Assembly: GCA_002633005.1 (NCBI GenBank)
Contig: NMRA01000113.1
Coordinates: 10,797 to 74,796, forward strand
Source: Phoronis australis
Taxonomy: Eukaryota > Animalia > Phoronida
Length of the DNA: 64,000 nt
Reading direction: 5' to 3'
Position 1 is the first letter of the stretch, and each line of letters begins with the position of its first letter. The notes beneath the pieces are model-generated. The model was given only the letters and a program-made list of their open reading frames with translations. It searched no databases and was not told the DNA's origin. Below are positions 51,001-63,788 of this stretch, piece after piece. The position numbers were made by a program, and so were the translations under genes.

Positions 51001-54000
51001 TTATGAGGTTTTGTATGCTCCCAAGTAACAACCGTTTTGACAGTGACAGAGCAGTGACTTACCGGTTATTGGTTGTGGAGTCTTTACCGTCAACAGCAAC
51101 AATGACCAATAACTTCTTGCTCTCGGCCATTTCGCCAATTCCAGCTCCTGTCACCAGGGGGAACACGTTGTACCGTTCGTTGTTCACCCAATCCTCCAGT
51201 TCCATTGGGTTACTGGCTGCAACAACAGCTTCACAGTAGTGACAACATCCAGGTTACCAGAGACACATGAACGATCATCCAATGGGATTTGTTTAAATTC
51301 CTTCCTTTTACAGCCCAAACATGAAAACCACAATACAGTGTCATTAACTTTGACAATTCTAAAATTTCCGCTTGCCTTGATAGTGTTTAGTTTCTACCTT
51401 CGGAAGGAACCCATAGATCATCTGTGATTGGCATTAAGCAGCCCAAGATCATTTACTATCATGGAGGTATGAGTGTGAGCCACATTTTGTTTGTCCAAGC
51501 AGCTTGGTTTGAGGCACATTTTGTATGGCAGAACAATATGGTAGAAGGTTCGAAGGAAATGTGCTCCCTAATTCTATATGAATCATGATGATATTCAAAA
51601 CATGAATAATAAAGATTAGCACCAGTAATCTGTTCGACACAGTGAACTCAGATGAACATCTATTAAGTTACTTCTCACCACTTATGATTTTACTTAACCG
51701 TAGTCAGTCTCAAGCATCGGTAGCTACATTACACAGTTAAGGTTCTAAACCACAGCCAAATGATCAACGACTTCACATTTTGGCATGCCATCTGCCAGTC
51801 AGAATGTAAACAAATTTATAAGATGAAAGTGTTACGACATAGTTGTTTCGCTGATAGTCAGCCAACAAAGCCAGTCAACAGGACCTTTTCAAGTAAATTA
51901 TATCCAGGCTTTAAAATTGATTGAATAAAATACATGTCATTACTTGAACAAAGAAGGCAGTTAAACTGTTAAATATTTTCTGTCGTGATGAATGACTTAA
52001 CTTTGAAAGAGGAGACAACACGCTCAGATACAACTTCCCTATGGAGGCAGGCTGTGGCAAAGTATTTGTAAATTGAAGCTTATTCCCTTCTTTAAGTCGT
52101 ATACAGCGATAAATACATTGAGTCAAACAAGGATACATAAAGTTTGCATCAGGTGTGTTACAGTCATGAAAACCCATTCTTACCATCATAAATAAACCGT
52201 TTTCCATCCTTAAATACAACAACAGCTGGAGGAAACGGAACTTCAACATCCTACAACCATCCAAAAGACATGCTTAGTCATCAGAAATACAATAACACAA
52301 TTGAGTTGTCTTTAAATTGAGACAAACAAGAAACATTTTAAAAGACAAGGACGATAATTATTAATTTTCAGACTCTTCCCAATCCTCTCTTTTCACCTGC
52401 ATCAGAAATGAAGCCAGAATATTAGTGATGTCTAAAATAATGTTCAGTACAAGAAACAAAGACATTGTTATGTATTAGGCAGATCACTTCAGTCATCTGC
52501 AACTACCTTCTGTAATCTTAAAACACCACGGTGACCTTTAAACTGTATGTAATATACAAATGACACCGCAAGGACCAATTAAACTGCTCACTTTAATGAA
52601 CATTTTGGGTTCCTAATTTTTTGGACACTTCCAATGTTAAAAACGGAAAGCTCAAAATAACTAAATTTAATGCTATTGAACTGCCTCACTGCTTTCTTTA
52701 CTTGCCATGTACAAAGCATTTGGTAAACTGTCTGCAGAGGAAAGAAATGTTGACATATGCCACCCATCATGTCCGCCACAAATCAAGGTTTGGTTCAGTG
52801 GAAGTAACATTCGTGCTCTCAGAACACTAAAAAATTCAATACGATGCTGGCAACTAGACGTACCTGAGGAAGACTCCTTTCTTCAGCGATATAAAAGTAA
52901 CTGTGAATAGCATGAAGTTCGGCAACATTTTTATACAGCACCTGAAAAAAACTTAGTATTGTTAGAACAGTTCACGCTTGTTCCGTATTTTCGCTGAAAC
53001 GCTGCTGAAAATGGAGATATAGTAAAAGGGCCTATGGTGCCTTAGACTTACAGAATAACACATTATACGTGAGGAACAAGTCATATATTAATCATTGCTG
53101 CACACTAGCCCACACAATGGCATTTGGGCAGAACTGACAGGACTGTAAACTGTGGAGTATTTGGAGACTACATGCAACTACTACATCTGACACCTACCAT
53201 CATTTCACTTTTGGGGTCTTGGTCACCGACATAAACGAAGAAAACATCGGAGCCATGTTCACTTCTGGCTTCATTGAATTTACCTACACTTGTGATTGGG
53301 CGAAGAACTGGCCTACAATTTATATAGTATTTACTTAATCACTGACAATGACACTGCTTATGTTCATTATCAGTTGTGGTAGAGCAATTGGTTTTAACAA
53401 ACTTTAACTTTGTCTTGAATGCCATTGAATACTAAAAGTACTATTTGTCTAGAATGAACATGACTACTAAAAATTCTTTTGGCATAGACGATGAAAATTT
53501 ACCTCGTGAGCATTTTCAGCCACACTGAACAGGCAGCCATCATCTATGCAAAAAGAATTTTTAGTAGTCACCACTGAATACTATTTTCTAACTGAAGCCA
53601 TGATGTCCTGTTCCACTGAAGTTTAGAAAGCTACAAACTACACCATGGAAATATGTACCAATTACAATTTATTCTACCAAACATACCAGAACAGTAAAAT
53701 GACTGATGTACAGACTGTAGTATAAGTGACTTTGTTATTACGGTCACACACGGACGACCATCTTACGATTGCAGATCGACGTAGTTTCAGTGTTTCCAAT
53801 AAACCTAGTTTATTCTTATTATTCTACACAGACTCCACTAATAGTTTTCACAAACTAGGTTTTCCTCATTCTATCAACCCATGTTCTGCCCTAAGAAGGC
53901 AACTTTTGATTTAGATCACTTACCGCTATAAAATTGGCCTCAACTTGTTCAGAAATTATTTCCAGGTTTGCAATGAACTGACAGTTTGTTGTTTCTCGAG

Positions 54001-57000
54001 ACCATGCTTGGCCCCTAAAATGACCCACCATGACAAGACAGCTTGTAGAGCCTAGTCTCAGTTTGACATTGCTTGAGACTAGGTTCTACAAGTTGTCTTG
54101 TTATGACGGGTCATTTTATGGGCCAAGCATGGTTTCGAGAAATAACGAAGTGTCAGTTCTTTCAAGACCTTGAAACAACCTCCAACTTCACTGTATGAGT
54201 GACTGATGCTAATTCATAATGGAAAAACCGAAGTTGGTTTTTGTGATGAAAGGCAGGTTGATATCCGATTTAAACACCACATGACACTCACCCTTGAGCT
54301 CTCTTGGCAAACTCCACTAACGCCGCCTTTGTCCTTTCGCCATGATGAGTGTACACTTTATCACCTTTCACACTACACAGATAGGACAGAGTAAAGTTAG
54401 AAAGTCTGCAATGCTAGCAATGGCACCAACAGTTAAAAATTAACTACTCAGCTAAAGCTGAAGAAAAACAGACATTTGTAACATTTAATTACAGCGACTA
54501 TGATCAAATCTTTAAAATAATTTGTTCTTCCTGTACGATTTGTTTATTGGTTAGTTTATAGCAAAGGCCACAGTTGCTACGGCAAAAACGGAATTGTGGA
54601 ATAGCATTTTCTACCTTGTTAATTTTCAACAAAATTCCCAATTATTCTTGCACTAGATGGATATATTCCTGTGACCATAAAAGTCCACTTGCGCCCAGCC
54701 CTCATGATGGGAAATATCTGGTCATTTTGACCAATTGATTTTAGCATGTATAGATTTAATCACTCCATTAGGCCTACTTTACTCACAATATAATAGAAGG
54801 GAAGCCCCTGACATTGAACTCTGACCCTACGCCAGGGTACTTTGTGCCGTCTACCTTGGCCACAATGATAGGTGTTGACCGGAGTGCAACTGCTACCTCT
54901 TTATACACAGGTTCAAGCTTTCGACAATGACCACACCATGGTGCATAGAACTCAACCAGCCATGAGCCTTCTTTTCGAGATTCCAAAAACCTAAAAGAGG
55001 AGATAAAAAGCAGGTTAAAGTCCAACACAAAACTATCTCATTCAACATATTATTGATGTTTATTTACTGGATCTACTAAGCTTAAATCTCCCAAAGGTTC
55101 CACTGGTATTTTCATAGTCTCACACTTTTTAAACAAGTCATCAACTAAAACCAATTTCAAACTGATTTCAGTAATACACTCATGTGTGTGACTCAATTTT
55201 TGCTGTTTTAATTTTTATTTTTCAATTTTTCTGAAACATCAGAAATTAGAAAATCGAGTCAATTATACAATATCTTTCATTTTTTGGATAAAATGAAAAT
55301 TGAAACAAAACTAATCCGGTTTTTTTTCCACATCACTTACAAAGTACAGAGTTCAAAAAATTTTAAAACAACAGAATTTCAGACTTTTCTTTTACACACA
55401 TTTCCGATTGGTGAATTAAAGATGACAAAGTAACACGCTCAAATCTTTTTGGATGTCAATCAAAGTCAAGCTTCTTAGCCGACCAATGAGATAAAAGCAC
55501 GAAGTCCTGACCACTCGACCAGTCATGACTTGTGGAGTTAGAACCAACAATTGCCACTTTGTATACTTTTGAAGCGCAATGGACACTTGGCTTTTGACGC
55601 ACATTTAACAGAGCCGGATCTACAGGGGGGGGGGTTCAGGGGTTCACACCCCCCAACTCGGGACAGGATCAAAATTAAAAATTGAAAAAAAAAATTGCCA
55701 GAGAAATGAAATCAGCTTCCAAAAACCACGTCAACAAATTTTACGCGGGACAGGGAAAACCCCCTCCAGACCTTCCTCCACTCAGCGCTATGCGCCTCGG
55801 ATTCACTCGAATCCTAAACCCCCCCTTACTGAAAACGTAGATCCGCCACTGTTTAGTCGCAGGAAATCACCTATCAGCAATTGCCGAATTTCACAGTAGC
55901 GGGCCTACATCAGTAGCGAGCAACCTGTGACTCTTTCGTTATAAACAACGCTATTTTACAAACTAGAGTTTAAATACATTTAAACTGACATTAAATTATG
56001 TGAAGGTCATTCAAATAATATTAATGGGTGAACGAAAACAGAGCTCCGGAATTATTTCGGGAGCGTTTGTGAAAACCCAGATGTTTACGAAGGTCGTCTG
56101 CCATGAACGTTACAAAATAAGGTTCTTTAATTTCAGGGTGATTTTGGCATCGTTTTTTTACATTTCTGTAGTCAAATCACCACTCGAAGACAATTTAACA
56201 TGATCAGTGAAAGAACTTGAGGTACAGTCAAGTAACCTGATTATCGGACGTTTTGGCACTTTTTGCATTATATTTAATTGAAAATACTATGGACTGTTGT
56301 AAATTCTTTGCTGGAATAAAGACTTACCTTTACAGAATTGTTCTGTTACTATATCTTGTCACCGAAAGCCACATTTATGTTTTGACTAATCTTTGAAAAA
56401 CACGACTAGCAAACCTTTGGAGAACCTGAATATCGGACACCATGTTTCCCCATACGCCACACCGCGGAAAACTGACTAACCATGTAATGGTCGTGGCACC
56501 TTGTAGCCAAATTTCAGCTTGAATGTTTTGACATATATGTTGCTAGAACACAGGTCCATTCGCACCAAAATTATCCATAAAATGAAATCTGATGACGGCG
56601 CCAAGTCGTTTCGATGAATCAGAGCAGACAACTAAAGCACGTGCAAAGTTACTGCAGTTTTAGTATCTCTTTGGCTTCTTGATATGACACGACCCGACTC
56701 GTGCGCGGTCGGGGTTTGACTTGAGTTTAAAAACAAATGAAAAAAAATCGAACAGTGACATACTGTCAGTTCAATGAGATGGTTTCATTGTGGAAAAAGA
56801 TTTTGTTTTCAACTTTGATAACCGATTTATGCGATCGTCCATTTTGGGCCGACTTGAGGGTCTAAATTGCACCCTCTCTCGGTGATATCAAAACGAGGCA
56901 ACGCTGTAAAAAAAAACGAGACGGTGCCGGGCATTAAATGCATAACAGCAGAACAAAAATTGGTGTCATTTTATTCTCAGTTTATGCTTCAAGTAGGATT

Positions 57001-58611
57001 TTATGAAATGTCCGATATTTAGGGTTCGTCCAATAATTAGGTACACACACTATGTGTCATTTGCTCGATGCCGATTTCGTGGAGTTCCACATTGGAGTAG
57101 AAAATTCTGAGCAAACCCAGTTTTAGTATCCAACCTTATGTTTTATTAGTAGTGAGTGATGTCAGTAGTGATCGAGGAACAGATGAAAGCGCTCCGAGGA
57201 GCGAAACTTGGCGAAATTAACCAAAAAGATGACGATAAAGATGATGACGAAGATGACGAATATGACGACGATGGTGGCGAGGATGAACAAAAGAAGTAAT
57301 AATAACATACACATGACGAACGTAGAAGTCCGAAATCAGTAAGAAAAAGGCTACAGTTTTGAGCGACACTTGGCGAAATTAACGGAAAAGACAACGACGG
57401 AGATGATGACGAAGATGATGACGAAGATGACGAATATGATGATGGTGGTGGCGATGATGAAACATATCACAACATTCATATGACGAACTTAGATGTCATA
57501 AATCAATAAGAAATAGGCTACAGTCTAGTTCAATAGAAGATAAACCAACATCAATGCAGCAAGAGCGCTCAACAAAGGAACAGCATTATCAGAAAATCTT
57601 GAATAACTCGAAAAGTAGACGTCCTAGCGAAAAATGGAAAACATCTTCTGAAAGCCCGTTCAAAATTCTATCTAAAGTGATGGTTTCGCCTAATTCCGTA
57701 AATTTTTTGAAAAAAAATGAAATTTTGCGATTTTGCCATTTGAAAGAATATACCTCAAAGAATCCACATGCAAAAAATCACGTCTTTTTCTCTTCCCGTT
57801 TAAAATCGCACTCCAGCACGACTGAAAATGGGTCAACATGCGCCAGATCCGCCATCCTGAAAGCAACTTCCGGTTTTTTGGCTTTGTATAATAGCATGTC
57901 ATAAGAAACTAATACCTGTAAAAATTCGAAGGAATTGGTCTTATAATGCGCCCTCTACAGGAGAAAACATTTTTAGGCCAAAATCGAGGTGCGCATGCGC
58001 GATCGCCGATATTTCCGCCATCTTTAACCGGAAGTAAACAATTTGCGGTATACTTATAGCAAACTTCCGGTCCATTTACTGTGCTGATTCTTAGCCTTTT
58101 ATGTAAAAAATTGTAGCCTCCAGAAGTATTTGAACATTTAAATGAAAACAAAATGGGCGCCACAGCCGCCATCTTGGATCCGATTTTGACGAAAAACAAT
58201 AGGCTTCCAGTACTTCCGGAACTACGTGTTATGGGAAATTTCGTGATGATCGGACGAAAATTGCGACCTGTATCGTGAGAACAAACAAAAAAAAAATAGT
58301 GACAGAGCAACATACTTGGCGAAATTTATTTCGCCAAGTAATAAACTCAAACCAAAGCGCCTGTGAATAAAGATTAAACTTAAGGGACGTGTCTTAGTCT
58401 TAGACCGGCTTACCGAGAATCCAGCTCAACGACATCCCTTGGCTCTCTGTTGGCACTACACAAACCAATACCTGAAAAATTCACCAGATAAAACATCACG
58501 AAGTACATTAAGTGCACACTCTCTCAATTTCAACGCACAACTACAACAAACAGCCACAGGAGAATTTTGTTTACCAAAGAATAAAATTGCAGACTTCAAG
58601 ACAAGCGCCAT
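36027..58611 (-). CDS. TMX3: Protein disulfide-isomerase TMX3 (thioredoxin-related transmembrane protein 3), 13 coding exons, 452 aa
   Basis: GT-AG exons with consistent phases: 58611-58575, 58471-58414, 54990-54787, 54372-54292, 53312-53198, 52941-52864, 52250-52184, 51216-51063, 42297-42244, 38327-38132, 37680-37612, 37217-37043, 36097-36027 (1359 nt). Signal peptide MALVLKSAILFFGIGLCSA, one WLVEFYAPWCGHC active site, b/b'-like domains (PAVVVFKD, FQFFWMD), a TM helix, an acidic tail and C-terminal VKKE. Confidence 0.92.
41770..42130. repeat. Degenerate tandem repeat (tagtaccaagtagtgtttagtactgtatacatgtacat-type units)
   Basis: Recurrent motif visible five to six times in TMX3 intron 9. Confidence 0.75.
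43150..43337. repeat. 47-bp tandem repeat, 4 identical copies
   Basis: Unit acagactagtcaataaggtcctacataaccttgctcagtggatggca, with no spacers. Confidence 0.96.
44448..47447 (+). CDS. Secreted angiopoietin/ANGPTL-like fibrinogen-related protein (signal peptide, coiled coil, FReD), 2 coding exons, ~406 aa, nested in TMX3 intron 8
   Basis: Exon 44448-45036 carries the signal MSLQVLILVILLISASTA, CKYEF...CP and a heptad-rich region. A phase-1 GT-AG intron joins it to exon 46816-47447, giving [59 protein letters not shown] and GWWFNNC. Upstream in-frame ATGs exist from 44382. Confidence 0.9.
48765..50345. mobile_element. Probable Helentron/HINE-like non-autonomous element with internal satellite-like repeats
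   Basis: Degenerate internal units share ccaaatttc..gaaa/gatc..agga..taaga motifs, and a gacg/gaca-type microsatellite lies near the right end. Boundaries are approximate. Confidence 0.45.
49486..49657. repeat. 43-bp tandem repeat, 4 near-identical copies
   Basis: Unit aggaacacacctgccaaatttcaata(a/g)gatcttgcatgggttt. Confidence 0.95.
53950..54185. mobile_element. Fold-back (hairpin) MITE, ~110-bp arms
   Basis: aaatgacccaccatgacaagacagcttgtagagcctagtctca pairs with tgagactaggttctacaagttgtcttgttatgacgggtcattt. A shorter relative lies at about 46540..46622. Confidence 0.8.
55609..55851. mobile_element. MITE with CAGNGGCGGATC-type TIRs
   Basis: Ends read cagagccggatctac and gtagatccgccactg, with G/C-run subterminal repeats. 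Confidence 0.7.
57180..57525. repeat. Two ~180-bp direct repeats, each with a (GAT/GAC)n tract
   Basis: acttggcgaaattaac...gatgacgaagatgacgaatatga...aaggctacagt occurs twice. Confidence 0.8.
57905..58345. mobile_element. Probable Helentron/HINE-like element ending in a perfect hairpin
   Basis: TACTTGGCGAAAT-TT-ATTTCGCCAAGTA (13-bp stem) at 58313..58340, preceded by an A-rich/acaa tract. The left boundary is uncertain. Confidence 0.5.
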
Positions 58612-58881
58612 CTTCCGCCACAAATCGATTTTCCTAACAATCCGAATACATTATTATAAAAATGCTAAATTTTAAAAAATTGCCATTTTTATATTGAAAA
58701 AAATATTAATAGCTTTAAATTTAAAACAATAGTAACTCTAAAATACAGTTAACAATATACTAAACGTCGTTTATTTTGTAACTGCAATAGGATTGTAAGT
58801 TTTTAAGGGACACCTTTTGGTGGAAGACGAAACTAATAAGTTTTTAGCAACAGTTTCGTTAGGCAAACCGCTGTAATTAAA
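58612..58881. promoter_or_regulatory. Putative bidirectional promoter between TMX3 and PFDN4
   Basis: The divergent start codons are only 270 bp apart. A YY1-like CGCCATCTT motif overlaps the TMX3 ATG. Confidence 0.65.
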
Positions 58882-61800
58882 ATGGCAAAAGTGACAGCAC
58901 AAACGGTACTGTATGCAATTTGATGATTGTGCGATACTACTACATTGTTATTTCAGAATCTGTAAGACCGGCCAGTGGATGGCTTCTGTCTTCATGACAG
59001 TAGGCCCCAATCACTGATTGAATCGGATCATCTGATGATGGAGTGACGATTGTGACGGATTGCATGTGTCTCTTGTCTTGACTCTTGAGTCTTGCACTTG
59101 ATTACAGTGACAATATTGACAACTCTCTGACACTGCTACCGGCACCGTTCTACTGTCGTACTGGGGCCAGTTGAGACGGTGGTACTGTCTAGTACTAACC
59201 ACCCAGCTAGCTGTGTAGCCTGTGTCATGTGTTGTGCTGTATCAGTATGAAGTCTGAAGATTATCGTCTAAAATGAATACAGCTAGGAACCACTGAATTA
59301 GGCAATTACATCGCCCTGTTTGCTACCTAACCGGCCAACCGATGGGCAACATGTTGCTTAGGAGCCACTGTGTGTTAAGCTCCAACCTTGAAATTTCAAA
59401 TTGCCTGAATAGTTCTGGCTCTGGTCGTCACCTCGTGGAAACCTTGGCTCAAATCAACATGTAGCGCTAACGACTGGCAGGGGGTGCACGCAAAATCTGG
59501 AAGCTAGACGGCACTCATCTTGCTCAATACAACTGATTAAGTAGAAAGCAATATAATAAATGCTATTCTCTTGCATGTAATTCCCCGGCTTTTTAAACAG
59601 AAAAGTCTGTTTTCGACTTACAAACATTACGCTCATGAAAGGCACATACGTCATTTGTGATGTATTCAGTCTGAAATTTGGTTTGCTAGGTTCAAAATTA
59701 TTAAAAGGTGTAACAAAGTGAGTCCAGTTCCGATAATTTGCTTAGTCTAAAATTTTGGTTTGCTAGGTTCAAAATCATAAAAAGGTGTAACGAAGTGAGA
59801 CCATTCTGATAACTTGTTGTGTCATTTGCATAACGGGAAGAAGAACAGTTTATTAAAGAATGGGCAAAAAAGAAACTGACCTTTAGGTGACACTATATTT
59901 CAAGGTTACGAAAGTCGAAGCATAAGGTTGCTCCACAACTGTTATTCACTGGTTCTCAGAATCAGTGCCAGTTGCATGATCATGAGACATTAAGATACAG
60001 AGAGCTTAAGCTTTTTAAGATTTACAAAGCTAGTGGTGATAAGTAATGTTTCTGATTCTTATATCTTTCTTTATGTGGGTGTCTGGCTGACATACACCTT
60101 ATTCACGCGGTCAGTTTAGTAGTGAGCCTCTTTTTAGGTTTAAAAAACACTGCATTTGAGACATAAATGTAATGAGGCATGCGAAAAAAATCACGCTTTG
60201 TGCTGTCACGGTGATAAAGCGCAGAATGCATTGTTTTTAAAACCTAAAAAGAGGCTCACTTTTAAAATGGCGACTGTGTGAATAAGGTGTATAGGTTTGA
60301 TTCCTGACTAGTAGGGATTGATTTGACTAAGCAATTACTTTAAAGATATGAGTACAACTGTTTTCCTGCTGACCAATGAGTTAAGTATTTCTTAACCAGT
60401 GCCAACTGTGTTTGACTTGATTGATTTATGTAGTCAACTCAAACACTGAATATTAGACTGACCTGGACCCTCTATAGTCTCCGTCTGATTTCATTTGATA
60501 TTAATCTTCCAAGATGAGAACGTTGTAGTTACAGTTTTGTAAGATCGTTTTATTTTCGTGTTGTGTGACTTAAGATTTTTTCATGAAAAACAATTTCTAA
60601 CGGCATTTTGGAGAACAGTGCATAAAGTATAGTATTTGAAAGTTTCATCTGAATTCGATCGACCATTTTTGAGATATAATCAATGTTGTGAAGTTATCCA
60701 AATTTGAACATTTTTCTGGGTTCTTACAAAACTTTAGCAAGTATAATTACGTGAGAGTGAGACGCAGTATGTGACTTCAGCCCACATCTGCTTTCTCAAA
60801 TGAAACTTTAGTGTGCATGGCCTGCTCCCTTACATAAATCCAAACATGGTGTAAAGTGTGTGTTGTGTTCTCGCGTCCAAATCTTCCATCTTGCGAATTC
60901 ACAAAACAACTATAGTTACACATTACTTTCACTTATTGATCATTACACTCTCATTTTTACTACAAAGGGGTAAAAATAAATACTACTATGCACCACTATT
61001 TTAAAATCATTGGTCTTGAAAAGCGGTCAAATCTCAGACCTTTTAAATATGGTTCATAATTTTGAACATGGCTCAAAACTTTTCAAACATGTTTCAAACT
61101 ATCCGAATAGGGCTCAGAACTTTTCAAACAAGTTTTAAATACTTTAATATAGGGAAAACACTGGTACATAAATTTTATCTGGGCCATAAAATATCACAAA
61201 CCATGATGTGTGCGGGAAATTTACTGATCAATAAAAAATCTTGAAACAAAAATTTACAGGTCCTGTGTTTTTGCATTAAAAATTTGAAATGTCATGATCA
61301 ATCATTGCCGAGTCACCGTTAGTCGTCTGTAAGTATAAGGCTGATGTTTGGAAACACCTTGCATAAAGTATGCAAAATAACTATATTCATTTCTATTGTG
61401 TTTTGGGGGGGGCGAAACTCTACTTCACAGTACATGTGTGTTTGGTACATATGTCTCAGCATGATGCCTGGTGCAATCACTTCTTGTACTAGTAGTTGTG
61501 TTATTTGTAGAATAGCTGACAGTTACATGGTGTAGCATGAATTGTTCACATGAGCTAGTGAAGATTGAGTTTGAATTCGTTTATTTTCAGGACAATGAAG
61601 TTCATATAACATATGAAGATCAACAGCAGATCAACACTTTTGCGAGGCACAATGCAAAGTTGAATGAATTGAATCAGGAGATGGAAGAGAAAAAGGTGCT
61701 GAATTGTTGTTGTTAACTTTTGTAGTATTGAATTTCAGTGTAACTTTGCTGTGGATTTCCAATTCATTTAAAGTTGCTGCACCTGAGTTTGGTGGATAAG

Positions 61801-63788
61801 AGGACTAAAGTAAAATTAAACTGAATTTCATATGGTTTATACGTCAAATCAAAGCACGATCTTTGATCTGGGTACAAAAAATTATCAAAGCCGCGTGACT
61901 TTGCTTCTGTAACAATAATTACGAACAATTTAATTGGGGCTCCCAGAAAATTTGATCTGCAATTATTGTTATAGAATACAAAGACATGCAGCCTTGAGAA
62001 ATTTTTGTACCGGTTTCAAAGATTTTGATTCATTTCAATGTATGACACGAAATACATTGTAATTTGAATTTTATCTGCTGTATTCACCAAACTGTGATCC
62101 AGTAACTTCAAGTATCAAACTGAAGGCTTTTTTCAAAACGCTGAAAGTGCAAATCATTCAGCATAGCTGAATGTTGTGAAAACGTATCTAGGCATTTGTA
62201 CATTATTTTTCAGTATTGTGAGCAGTTGACTTTGAATTAATTGTGAGCTCAAACAAAGTCAAATAATTGTTATTTTACACTCACTTTTTGAAATGGGTGA
62301 CTGTTCTCTTTGTATAATGGTGGTTTAACATTACAGAGTGTTTGTTTTTCAGAAAGAGTTACAGAATGCTGAAGATGCAGCCGATGAGATGGTTATAATG
62401 GATGAAGACAGTTTGATACCATATCCTTTAAAGATGTATTCCATGTCCGTAATGGGACAAAACATCAAGTTTTGGATATTCCCTATTATTTTATTATTAA
62501 TCCTGAAAGAGAAGCTAAAAATGGTAAATACCCCCAGAAATTTTCACCATCTACCCTTCTTGATGTCTTCCTGAGTTCATAATAGGTGGCGCTGTACACA
62601 AAATGTACTGAGTTTCTATCTGCCCTTCTCACAGTTCAGGGGTGATCTCTCTTTCCTGATCTGGATCGACTCTCTCAGCTTTCTTTTTAGATTATCGACC
62701 GTCGATGATAGTTAAACCCGACCAGTCAATGGTGTGGTTTTCTCTAGCTGTATGGTCTGTGATTGCAGATTTATTGAACTCGCTTAAAGAGGCTTTTCTA
62801 GTGGATCTGGTGAATAGTCACTGCCTCAGTCTCTTTCTGATGTTCCTTGAGGCGATATTTAAAATTCCTAGAAGTCTCGCCAATTTGTGTTTGATCACAG
62901 GAGGTGCAAGGTGTTTTGTAGACAACACCACTAGAGTCTTCAATGTTCCATTTATCCTTCGGATGTACCAACACACTGGGCAAGGTCGTGTGTGGCGGAG
63001 TGTTGGTACATCCGAGGGATAAACGAGTCACTAACCAGATGATTAACTTTTTGTGAAAGATCTTGGGTAATGATCAGACTCTAGTTATGGCAAAAGCGCT
63101 GTTGTTATCTGCATGTGTTGCTTTTAGCTGACACATTAAATTATGCTGCCTAGGCAAAGGTTGTGCACGATGAATGTTCCACCTCATCAATACTTTTTGC
63201 TTTCAAGCATACCTGACCATGTTTGGCTATTGAAACATTTTATTAAATGGAAATTTTGGATATAAGCAATATGATTTGGCTTATGCTCATATCAAAAAAT
63301 ACCTCGCTTGCTACTGACAGTGGTTATGCGTATTCTTTACAGATAGTTGGCAATAAATTTCATGTTCTGTTTTTGGAGCACTTAATGGATTTAGTCCAAC
63401 TGATTTCACGAAAGAACAGTATTAGGTTGGAACCATACTGCAGTGAATAACTCGAAGTATTTGATCATTGAAGAAAGTTAACACAAAATCCATCTGCTTT
63501 GAAATACTATTCTATTCGTGAACATTTTCCCTTTTATTAGGTTTTATACTTGCACTGTACCTTGTTGCCTTAACTTATTCTACTTATCAGATTGGGGAGG
63601 TATTTGTTAGTTGTACAGTGGATGAAGTGACTCAGTTGTTGGAGAAGGCCAAAGAATCTATTGCAGAGAATATCAAGGAACTTGAGAAGGATATTCAATC
63701 TAACAAGGATGTGTTACAAAACCTAAAAGTACAGCTATATGCTAAGTTTGGCAAGAATATCAACTTGGAGGCTGATGAGGACAGTTGA
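58882..63788 (+). CDS. PFDN4: Prefoldin subunit 4, 4 coding exons, 133 aa
   Basis: Exons 58882-58905 (MAKVTAQT, the least certain), 61591-61695 (DNEVHITYEDQQQINTFARHN), 62353-62420 (KELQNAEDAADE...IP) and 63584-63788 (YQIGEVF...LKVQLYAKFGKNINLEADEDS). Total 402 nt, in frame. Confidence 0.93.
60093..60293. mobile_element. Palindromic MITE (~200 bp)
   Basis: Ends read tacaccttattcac and gtgaataaggtgta. Internal arms read agtgagcctctttttaggtttaaaaaaca and tgtttttaaaacctaaaaagaggctcact. Confidence 0.8.
62421..63583 (+). other. U12-type (minor spliceosome) AT-AC intron of PFDN4
   Basis: Donor ATATCCTTT at 62421, branch site CCTTAAC at 63568-63574, terminal AC at 63582-83. Splicing restores the conserved IPYQIG. 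Confidence 0.93.
62535..63020 (-). mobile_element. Penelope-like retroelement 3' fragment (degenerate GIY-YIG endonuclease)
   Basis: LVHPKDK...SGVVYKTPCTSCDQTQIGETSRNFKYRLKEHQK, continuing after a disruption as KSAITDH...NHTIDW. This matches the pattern of Penelope GIY-YIG domains. Confidence 0.82.

Noticed and set aside
57146-57460. Asp-rich or Ser-rich low-complexity reading frames
   Set aside because: They derive from (GAT/GAC)n tracts in an intronic direct repeat and are interrupted by stops.
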